Shown in pieces: positions 53,652-64,000 of a DNA stretch of 64,000 nt. A program made the position numbers and the translations under genes. The notes under the pieces are model-generated. The model searched no databases. It was not told where the DNA came from and worked only from the letters and a program-made list of their open reading frames with translations. The DNA is from Octopus vulgaris (lineage: Eukaryota): the NCBI GenBank assembly GCA_951406725.2, contig OX597824.1:39308001-39372000 (forward strand). The letters are read 5' to 3'. The stretch's first letter is position 1, and each line of letters begins with the position of its first letter.

Positions 53652-53890
53652 TTACTTAGTAGATGTCGCTGTTGATAGAAGCGATCCGGGTCCTGAAAAC
53701 GGAACTAAAACCGGCCCTTCGAAGATAGGCGACAAGTCCTGGTGGTCAACATAATCGAAAGCTTTCGATTGATACAAATTGGACAGGGTCTGACAGAAAC
53801 TATTTTTATGATCCACACTTTCAATGATGTATTGCATGATGTGGAGTTTGCTGTGAATAGAACTGGAAATATATCGCATAAACCTATGAT
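53652..53890 (-). mobile_element. L1/Tx1-like reverse transcriptase relic
   Basis: SIHSKLHIMQYIIE..NLYQSKAFDYVDHQDL resembles the RSIxDNLxxxRxxI..LDQxKAFDRVDHxYL RT motif. Confidence 0.65.
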
Positions 53891-54381
53891 TTCAGAATTT
53901 CAGGATTTCAGGACTTCATGCAATCCAGGAAGTAACAACCACAGCAATCTGGTATTATAATTACACTCTGTTATTTCGTTTCTTTTGTAATTGTCTAGCA
54001 TCATAACAACAGTTTATTTAGCATGATGGCAATCTAGATGTTGTTTTTATTTTTAGCACGGCTAATGCTTGTTGTTCTAGATTTCGATCAATAATTTTTG
54101 CATTATTTCATAGCCATCGATTATGGAAAAATGGTAGGTGGTATAGTTTCTATAATGAGTAAGTTTGCAGTTTTCCTCAAAATGCGACTTTAAGATTTAT
54201 GAAGCAATGATTTCTAAATGTGTCACTCACTCATTCACTAAATCACTCAGTTACTCACTCACTCAATCTCTGACTCTGTCTTACTCTCTCCATATACACA
54301 TGTGTATTGTGTGCGTTTGTGCATATACATGTATCCATGTATACATACATACATACATACATACATACATACATACATACA

Positions 54382-54417
<36 letters not shown>

Positions 54418-54418
54418 T

Positions 54419-55718
54419 TAGGGTACGGTGAATAAATCATCGTCTAAATTACGCAGGAATGAAAATAACACTGACATTTCATTTTTATAGATATATTTAT
54501 TTACCAAAATTACATAAAAATATCTTGAAATACTAAAGGGTAAATTTATTCAATAAAAACGCCATTGGCGTCAGCCACAGCCTCCAGACGACTGCGGAAT
54601 CTCCTGCAACTCTTCCGGAAGATCTCCTTGTTTAAGTTGGTGAATTCTGCCGTAATCTTTGCCATCAGTTCATCTTTTGTGTTACAAGGAGTTTTGTTGA
54701 TCTCTCGCTCAACAGCGCCCACACATAATAACCAAGAGGATTGCAGTCTGGGGAGTTAGGTGGTCAGATGTTAAAGGTGATGTGGTCGCAGAAATTGTCT
54801 GACAGCAATGACTGGGTTTTCCTGATTGTGTGGTATGGTGCAGAGTCCTGTTGCCAGACATAGAGTCTTCCAACAGCCACCCTCTTGATCCAGGGCAGTA
54901 CCATCTCCTCCAGGCACTTGGTGTAGGCCTCGGTGTTGAGTATGAGGCTGCGTGGGAAGATAAATGGAAACATAATATCGCCATCACTAGAGATCACTCC
55001 AAACAAGATGATGTTGACTGGATGTTTGATTTTTATCACCCTTGGTACATGTTTTAGGGACATGGTAAGCTAACAGGTGTTCTGTGTGTTCTGATTCTGG
55101 CAGAATTTTTTTCTCGTCTGAGAAAAAACCAATGCATGTTCGGATGGAGGGGATGCTTGAGTTTGTTCAAAAGCCTCCGAGCGCGATCTTTCTTCTTGTT
55201 CTTAATGGCTTGGGATAAAAATTGGCCTTTTCTCATCTTATATGAGGAAAACCGAATATCTGTATGCACTGCCTGTCTGATAAGAAACTTAGACATTCCC
55301 ATGTTCCTGGTGATGGACATGATTGACTTGGAGGGATCGTTGTCCATTATGGCCTCGAGCCCGCCAACAAATTCAGGAATTCTTTTGCTATCAGAATAAT
55401 CAAAATGAGTTTTCCGACCTGCTGTACCTTCATTATCCCCATGAGAGTCAGGCAACTCTTTCCGAATCCTCCGCACTATCCTCAGATTGACATCCAAACA
55501 CTCTGAAATGTTTGTATTGGAGCTTCCGGTTCGAATGCCAAGCAGTACAGTATGTCGTTTCCAGATTTTTGGCAGAGAGATTTGCGCCATGGTGCTGCTT
55601 TTCTCACAGACGGTGCCCAACTGACCCTACTATACCCTATTCAACAAAATCAGAAGTAAGCAATGTGCATGTGCGAAATTAAAAGAATAAAATGGGGAAA
55701 TTTACCTATCGCACCCTG
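54419..55718 (-). mobile_element. Near full-length Tc1/mariner transposon, maT/DD37D type, inactive
   Basis: TIRs tagggtacggtgaataaat / atttacctatcgcaccctg-TA. Transposase runs from MAQISLPKIWKRH to WQQDSAPYH..NI*PPNSPDCNPLGYYVW, with 37 residues between the second D and the (mutated) third D position. Frameshift and stop present. Confidence 0.92.
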
Positions 55719-55779
55719 TACATATATATATGTGTGTGTGTGCCTCTGTGTGTGTGTGTGTGTATGTGTGTGTGTGTAC

Positions 55780-55930
55780 GCGCAGGAGTTACTGTAAGGC
55801 AACAAGCTTGCTTCTCAACCACACGATGCCACTGCGTGGCATCTTCAGCAAGTACCGTCTACTATGACCTCAGACCGACCAAAGCCTTGTGAGTGGATTT
55901 GATAGGTGGAAACTGAAAGACGTCTGTCGT
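55780..55930 (+). mobile_element. SINE family B 5' part
   Basis: ccactgcgtggcatc..ccgaccaaagccttgtgagtggatttg..ggaaactgaaaga. Confidence 0.8.
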
Positions 55931-56018
55931 ATACATACATACATACATACATACATACATACATACATACATACATACATACATACATACATACATACAT
56001 ACATACATGCATATATAC

Positions 56019-56068
<50 letters not shown>

Positions 56069-56072
<4 letters not shown>

Positions 56073-56497
56073 CATTACTACACGTAAATGCCTCACGCTA
56101 TGAGGGACTCTTAAAGTCAAAACTGCCATATACAGTGTACCGAACGCGAGGAAATTCAACTTTGGAAGCCACCCTTTAAAAACAGATTCAGCCGCAAATC
56201 ATAAGATTTCATAGTTAGTGTACACAATCCACCTTCTAATCGTCAGTGCAGGCATAATCAAGACATAAAAAATGAATAAAATTCAACAAACGACGAACAC
56301 AATATGTATCCAAGATAGCACATAGAAATGTTGACCCTTATGTATCTATGCAAGAGGCGGGCTTTTCAACTTGCATCTCCGTACACGTGTATATTCAGAA
56401 TATTTCAGCACTGAATATATTCTTGTATGTTTATTATAGTAGTTCTGACTTTAAGTGTCCCTCATAGCGTGAGGCATTTGCGTGTAGTAATGCCCTT
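56069..56497. mobile_element. Foldback element: about 65-bp inverted arms enclosing a minus-strand hammerhead-like motif
   Basis: Arms ggcattactacacgtaaatgcctcacgctatgagggac.cttaaagtca / tgactttaag.gtccctcatagcgtgaggcatttgcgtgtagtaatgcc. Minus strand gcctgca-CTGACGA-ttag..ctaactat-GAAA-tcttatga-TT-tgcggc at 56253-56191. Confidence 0.7.
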
Positions 56498-57164
56498 AAT
56501 ATAAATAATAGCGGTATTTCGCGTGTCGCTACGTTCTGAGTTCAAATACTGCCGAGGTCGACGTTGCCTTTCAGCCGTTCGGATTGCATAAATATGATAA
56601 CATGAAACAGAATGTTCAGTTTGATACACGGAAAGCTGTGTAAAGATTAGTTGATTCTTTAAAGACTTGCAGAAAGTCATTTAATTTATAAAGAATAAAA
56701 TAAGTCAAAAGAAGAAGAAAATTGATGAATTGAATCTGATGTTAGATTTGAAATAGGATTAAAAAATTAAAAAGATTAAAAGAAAATTTACATACAAGTG
56801 TTAAAGTGAGGATTATATTTTGAGAGTTAGATGCAAGTTGATCTGACGATGCAGAACGAGGACTAACCTAGAAATGTAATGCAGCGCACCAAATTTCAAG
56901 AATATGTGTTCAAAATATATCATATATTTCATTTGATCCCAGAGAATAGAAAGCCGAACCATATCGATCGTAGCCTAATTGGCTTTTCTTGCTTTTGTTT
57001 TGTTTTTTCTTTCTTTTATTTTAATTGGTGAAGTAAAAGCAGTGCGCATGACCGTTGTAACAACATTGGCAAGGTCAAGTAAAATGAAAGAAACCACCGA
57101 ACAAAACTTGTGGGTTGCAGTAAGAAGAAAGCAGTACAACGAGATATTCTTTCATTCGTTTATT

Positions 57165-57365
57165 TTTTTACTCGTTTCAGTCACTTGACTGAAGCCAAGC
57201 TGGAGCACCGCCTAAAAGAGTTTTAATCGAAGAAATCGACCTCAGAAATTATTCTTTTTAAACCAAGTACTTATTCTATCGCTCTCTTTTGTCAATCTAC
57301 TATTTTACAGGGAGGTAAACACACCGTCACTGATTGTCAAGCGATGGTGGGAGCACAAACAAACA
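57165..57365 (-). mobile_element. SINE family B 3' half
   Basis: gtttcagtca.ttgactg..gctggagcaccgcc..gtaaacacacc..ttgtcaagcgatgg. Confidence 0.8.
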
Positions 57366-58184
57366 CACACACGCACACACATACACATAATATATATATA
57401 TATAATGAGTGAGTAGTGTTATATAATATTTCAAAGATTTAACAAAAGCATCAAACGGAAACTTTAACAAAACAATAAATGGTAAATTCGTAGCTAATTC
57501 CTCATCAGTCAACTTCCAAAAGATCCTTACAATATCGCACCTTTTATCGTTGATATTGTTCACTTTTAGTGACGTCAGTAGCAAAAAGCTACTGGGAATA
57601 GCTAATGAACGGTACAGGACAATGTCGAAAACAAACACAAGAAAATAAAATGATTATTTCTATTGTCTGGAAATCTTTCGTCACGCAACTGTGACCTCTT
57701 CACCTCTTCCATCCCACGTGTCTCCTACTGTCCTATTTAGTCTATTTTAAAAATTACTTTCTGTTAAATATATTGTAAAATCACCTGCTAAAAGTAGTAA
57801 AGATAGAAGTAGAAGTACGGTGATAAATACAGATCACACAAATATAGGAAGATATATTTGTATTCCTTTCTCTCGTATATTAATAATACCGCTAATGAAA
57901 TTGATGGCTCTAAAATGGATGAAATACCCGCTGAATTTAATGAAAAATGCCTAAGTCAGTTGAGTGCGTTTCTGGGCTAAAATGTTTTTGATAAATGTCA
58001 GAAAACAGTTCAAGTTCCTACACCTCTTCGCATTGTGGCTCAAATTCATAGATTTAGGGAAGGAGGAAGAAAACAGAATCTCATATTATTCATTCGCTAG
58101 TAAGTTATATTTAGAGGTCTTAATGTTAAAAGAACGAGTGGTGTGCTTACAGAAAAGTTACCGCACTGGCAAAATTGTTTAGCG

Positions 58185-58335
58185 GCACTTCTTCCGAGTT
58201 CCAATGCCGCCGTGGTCAGCGTTGCCTTTCATCCTTTCGGGGTCGATGAAATAAATACGAGTCGAATGCTGAGGCCGATGTAATCGACATAACGTCTTCC
58301 CCGAATTTGCTGGCCTTGTACCAAAATTTGAAATC
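58185..58335 (+). mobile_element. SINE family A fragment
   Basis: ttgcctttcatcctttcggggtcgat..gatgtaatcgac..ggccttgtaccaaaatttgaaa. Confidence 0.8.
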
Positions 58336-58857
58336 AATAATAAAAAAAACAAATGAATTTCCTAATCCTGTGATCATAATTGTTATAATTAAGAAAACAA
58401 TTATACATAATTATATGTGTATATATAAAGAAAATTAAGTATAATTTTGAAATGACTATTAAAATATGAATATGTAATGTACACATATGCACATGTGTGT
58501 GTGTGTGTGTGTGTGTACGTATGTATGTATGTTTGCATATCTATATGTGTGTGTGTTTGTATGTATGTGTGTACATAATTGCCCACAAGGGGGATGAAGA
58601 GAACAAGTCGTTCTATTGCATAAATTTGCAAGCATTTCATTGACATGTAATAGAACGAACGATCACTCCATTCTCCTTGTGAATAATTACATACATTCTA
58701 CGCAATTTACGTATTTTCAGAAATACGATCAGTAAAACAATCGCTCTAGAATTGAATGTAGCCATCGATAAGCTTAACAGAATAAACTCTATGGCTAACA
58801 ACCGAATAAAATCGGAATATATATATATACATATATTTAGGTGTGTGTGTGTGTATG

Positions 58858-58914
<57 letters not shown>

Positions 58915-60119
58915 GTATATACAATTACAGCCAACGAATCTAGTCAACGCACAAGACAGCCATTATGCTCCCCCGACAAAACACCACCACGTGGACTCTG
59001 TTGACACTAGTAAGAAACAATTATGAACTTTTTTACTACACATAACTTTTAAAAATATTTTGATAAGGTTCGTTTTTTCAAGAAGAACCGAAACATGTAA
59101 AATCTCTAAGAAAATAAAAATTTATCTTATATAGTGGCGATTTCAAACTTTTTTTTTAATAAATATATACCAACTCGTATGCCACCTATATATATATATA
59201 TATATATATAGGTGTGTGTGTATGTGTGTGTATACATATCTTCTAATGACAATCCCTTCCACACTGTTCCCTGCTTTCATTGTTAGGGTAACAGTGATGT
59301 ATTTTACAGGTACATTGTTATTGCTGCTGTTGTCGTTTAACCCTAGATTATTCTTTATTTATAAAACTCTAAATCAAATTATTTCTAGCCATGCTCTTCT
59401 CCGTCAATTTTCATATGTGGGTCTACATACATAATGCGTCTTGGATTTTTTTAACTGAAAAAATATTTTAATGCGAGATTAGTATGGCTACAACAGCAGT
59501 AATTGAATTATTTTCTTTACTAACCGTGATAATCCCTATACTCCGTCCTCCTTTCCCAGAACAGAAATTCCCACTGAAATTTCCTTCCTGTTGATATCTA
59601 ACCAGCAAATATTGATTTGCTAGGTTAACGGTATCCATCTCACTAGTATTGGAGGGCCTGCGTGCTTTATGAGCTCTGCCCATTCCTCAAGATCCAGCAA
59701 GTGAAATATTAGAATAAGAAAATTAACATTGAAATCCCACTAGATTCAACTTAGTCTTTCATCCTGAGATTGATAAGTACCAGTCGAGGACCTAAGTCAA
59801 TTAAATCGACTATATCCCAACCACTAAATTTAAGTGTTTCTATGTTTAAAAATCATATTTTAAAGAGAATGAAAATCATTTGACAGGATATTTAATAGTG
59901 TCATAGGAGAGAGAAAGGGTTTTGCTGAGCTGGGGTTTTTGTTGGGTTTCTGTAAGAATACTAACTTCAGACTGAAAAAGCAGAAATTTTTGATAATGAG
60001 TTACTGCTGGGTTGTTCTGGAGGTGGTAATTTCAGACTCAAAGATTGTCTAGCTGTACCTGAGGAAAAGATATTCTTAGAGACACCACTGGGCAATCAGT
60101 GAATGGTTATCGAGTATTT

Positions 60120-60545
60120 AATTAGTGCTTTAGATATAGTGTTTAGCTTAGTACTTAGACAGTGTTTCAGACACATTGTATTAGATATAGTGTTTATACA
60201 TAATGCTTTAGTTATAATTCTTTGGATACAGTGTTTTAGACAGAGTTTTATACATAGTGCGTAAACATTGTGCTTTATATGTAGTATTTAAAGAGGGTGT
60301 TTAAACAGTGTTGGGATATAGTGTTTAGACATAGTGTTTATATATAATGTTTTAGACAGTAGTTTTAACAATGTTTTAAACGTAGTGTTTCATACATGGT
60401 GTTTTAGACATAATATTTAGACATGATATGTTAGGTATAGTGTTAAGATATAGTGTTTAGATAGTCCTTAGATATAATGTTTAAACTTAGTGTTCAAACA
60501 TACTGTTTAAATATAAAATTTAATGTTGGATCACTTAGATATAAC
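60120..60545. repeat. Degenerate 13-15 bp minisatellite (tagatatagtgttt)
   Basis: More than 20 decayed copies visible. Confidence 0.85.
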
Positions 60546-61845
60546 AGTAGATTTTACTGCTTTTACAATGATATTTACCAATGTATGCTGATGGGCGTAA
60601 AGTGTATTGAACACCAAAATATTGTGGTCAGCAGATTCATTGTACACTCGAGTGAAATACTTGGGTTAAACTGTAACTGATCTTACACCCAAAAAATGTC
60701 GTAATTGCATTAATGTAGATTTTTGTTCAAATTATCTTCTTAGTTGTGTTTTAATGCAAAATGTATTATTTAGTTATAACTAATTATAAACTTAACCAGA
60801 GATAGTTGTCGAAAGAAATTTAAGTGGTACGTAATAAACGTACCATGTAATTAGAACTTTCAAATCTTGTAGAAAGAATTTCCTATCTGGTTGTTATCAC
60901 AATAGTTATGAAAGTAAGTTGGGAACTGATGACGAATCTTAAAATTTAACTTTAAAATAAAGTTGTAACGTCTATGCTAAAAATAATGATATATAATAAA
61001 TAAATATACTATCATGAATAAAATATAGTGGCTTAATAAGAAAGCAAGAGAAAATTTAATTAATTTAAGGCAAGTATTAGTTTTCATATGCAAATGCATT
61101 TGCCTGGTATAAAATAATAGTCTAGTAGGTTTGCTATAAATATTTACCTCAGCAGTTTACTGTTGGAAGTCCGTGTTAACTGCTGGCTCTCTACTAAGCT
61201 AGTGCATATACTTGCATACAATCGTTGAGTATAGGAAAAGCCCACACGCTAGATATGCTGGATATGTATAGACCTTCGTTAAGCATAGTGGCAGTTGAGG
61301 ATTTGACTTCTTCTTTTGCTTGCTTTTTTTTCAAACTTATTTTCTCATTGCTTCATGCTAAAGTAACAAATATTCTTTCCTTCTGTATATACTAATTAAG
61401 TAGTTTCTTTTTATATAATGTGTTGCTTTCGGCAGTTTGCTTAGCTGCTGTACAGTATTATTCATGGAGTTATGCAGGTGACCGGGTGGATGGAGTTACA
61501 TGTTTCTCACATATCAAGCAGTGATAGGTTGTCAGTTGTCTGTCAACACGGTGCATTTCCACTGCACAGATACTTGAGCCCACCAATAAATATCAATTAA
61601 ATATTTTGGCCCTTTCTACTTTATGAATGCTAAAACAAAATAAAATCTGCACCCGTATGATTCTTTATGTGAAGGCACCTTATTTCTCAGAAGTAAGTCT
61701 ATAAAAATAAAATAAAATAAGCGTACCTTTATTAAACATTACAGTTTTCAAGTCACATTTTCCATCCTCACTGCTACTATCCTTATAAAAAATCTTGCAT
61801 TCACATCCCACCTAGCTCTGAATGAAACTATCGTTATAACGGTGA

Positions 61846-62612
61846 ACGTCGTGTGATCAATAAATATTCGGACAGAGTAAAGCCGCTTGGCAAAGGTTGA
61901 CCTTGAATACTACTGTGCATGCGCACTAACTCTTAAAACTCTAGCTTACTTTTTTCAGTTTCCGTCTACCAAGTCCACTCACAAGGCTTTGGTCGGCCCG
62001 AGGCTATAGTTGAAGACACTTGCCCAAGGTGCCACGCAGTGGGACTGAACCCGGAACCATGTGGTTGGTAAACAAGCTACTTACCACACAGCCACTCCTG
62101 CGCCTAGTTTTCGTAAAGTTTCCATCGTTCTCGACACAATCAAGGAGATCTTGTGCAAATGAAATCCAAGTGTCTTTTCGGTCAACTGAAAGCAGTTTTG
62201 GGACAAACTTGGCAGGCACGTGTCTCATACCGAAATCTTCAGTGATAATGGACTGAACTGAACTGAATTGTGATAATTCACGGATTCGATTATTTTCCTT
62301 CGCATCTGCGATGTTACTCTCAGTTCTGCTGGTTGCGGGTCTCCTAGAACGTTCGTCAATATCAACATTTTTTTCGGACTTTGAGCAATTATCGCCATGG
62401 CAACTTTCGCTGTCATGTTCAATGCGACGATCACGCGCTACAGACGTTCGTTCCAAGCACTGCTGTAAACAGCAGAAGTGAGATAGAGGATTAAAACTTA
62501 CCGCACAATCACAGCAGAGATTATGGTCAAAATTGTTGTCAAGCAGTTTCACTGTGCATGCTTTAGCTTTTTTACTATGGCAACAGTCCTGATACTTATT
62601 GATCAAACCTAG
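61846..62612 (-). mobile_element. Internally deleted mariner-like transposon with long terminal inverted repeats, interrupted by a SINE B (61955-62104)
   Basis: DDERSGRPxTS-like DIDERSRRPATSRT..SVQSIITEDFGMRHVPAKFVPKLLS. Ends tgatcaataaatattcggac / gtcctgatacttattgatca. Confidence 0.85.
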
Positions 62613-62683
62613 TATATGTTTCTATGTGTATTTGTAGGCACAGTATGGCCGAATGGTTAAGACCTTTCTAATAACTCTTTCCA

Positions 62684-62754
<71 letters not shown>

Positions 62755-62779
62755 TTATCTATCTCTCTCTGTCTGTCTC

Positions 62780-62876
<97 letters not shown>

Positions 62877-62924
62877 GTATATATATATGTATGTATATAT
62901 ATATATATAAACATATATATATAC

Positions 62925-63330
62925 TCTCACTTTTACTCTTTTACTTGTTTCAGTCATTTGACTGCGGCCATGCTGGAGCACCGCCTTTAGTCGATCAAAT
63001 CAACCCCGGGACTTATTCTTTGTAAGCCCAGTACTTATTGTATCGGTCTCTTTTGCCGAACCGCTAAGTGACGGGGACGTAAACACACCAGCATCGGTTG
63101 TCAAGCAATGCTAGGGGGACAAACAGACACACAAACACACACACACATACATATATATATATACATACATATATACGACAGGCTTCTTTCAGTTTCCGTC
63201 TACCAAATCCACTCACAAGGCATTGGTCGGCCCGAGGCTATAGCAGAAGACACTTGCCCAAGATGCCACGCAGTGGGACTGAACCCGCAACCATGTGGTT
63301 GGTTAGCAAGCTACTTACCACACAGCCACT
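62925..63330 (-). mobile_element. Full-length SINE family B
   Basis: Head gagtggctgtgtggtaagtagcttgc..gggttcagtccc, CORE-like segment, central microsatellite, tail gactgaaacaagtaaaagagtaaaag. Confidence 0.92.
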
Positions 63331-63904
63331 CACAGTGAGAGAGAGAGAGGCAAACAGACAGACAGAGACAGAGAGAGGCAAACAGACAGGGAGAGAGAGA
63401 GACAGAGGGTCAAAGAAAGAAAGAGAGAGAGAGAGAGTTAAATAGATAGATAGTGTGTGTGTGTGGCGTATGTGTGTGTATGTGTGTGTGTTTGACACAT
63501 TCTTATTCATACTTGAACGATTTGGTTGTGCAGTGCTAACTTGACACTGAAGTGACATTCCGTTAGCGCTAATAATGTTTTTTGTCACCTGAGAGGAATG
63601 GAGAAATGAGTAGTAAAGTACTGTGCCAAAGAGCACTATGCATCTTCTACTCTGGTCATCGAACTTACGATTTTATGATCGAGTGCATACTTTCATACTC
63701 GTCTTCTTACACACATACACACACACACAAACACACACACACACACACACATACACGTACACACACACGCATACACCCACATACACGAAAGCACACGTAC
63801 ATACATACAACATTCATACATATATTCATCAATCGTACATAAATTCACTCACGTAATACGCTCATATGTATATATATATGTGTATGTATATATATGTATG
63901 TGTG

Positions 63905-63973
<69 letters not shown>

Positions 63974-64000
63974 ATATGTATATATAACACACACACACAC

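Noticed and set aside
62004-62606. 200-aa ORF as an intact gene
   Set aside because: Chimeric read-through of terminal repeat, mariner N-terminal fragment and an inserted SINE B.

Overview
AT-rich, microsatellite-saturated eukaryotic non-coding DNA. The repeat content resembles an octopus/cephalopod genome (inference from SINE families and (TA)n/(CA)n/(TACA)n/(AAT)n density). No host protein-coding gene is recognisable, and most listed ORFs are microsatellite read-through artefacts. The window holds two abundant tRNA-derived SINE families (A, Meta-domain-like; B, CORE-like), one V-domain-like SINE, RTE and L1/Tx1 LINE relics, four Tc1/mariner relics (two maT/DD37D-like, one DD41D, one mariner), a hAT MITE, Helitron pieces and a Penelope-like (GIY-YIG) element. 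The most striking signal is about a dozen type I hammerhead-ribozyme(-like) motifs, two with intact cores (42698-42759, 45573-45610). They sit in short non-coding elements embedded in (TA)n or (AAT)n tracts, often with foldback inverted repeats. One is a TSD-flanked chimera of a tRNA head and a hammerhead-like tail (38317-38652), a candidate Penelope-mobilised SINE/retrozyme. All alignments and folds were done by eye; coordinates of degenerate elements are approximate.
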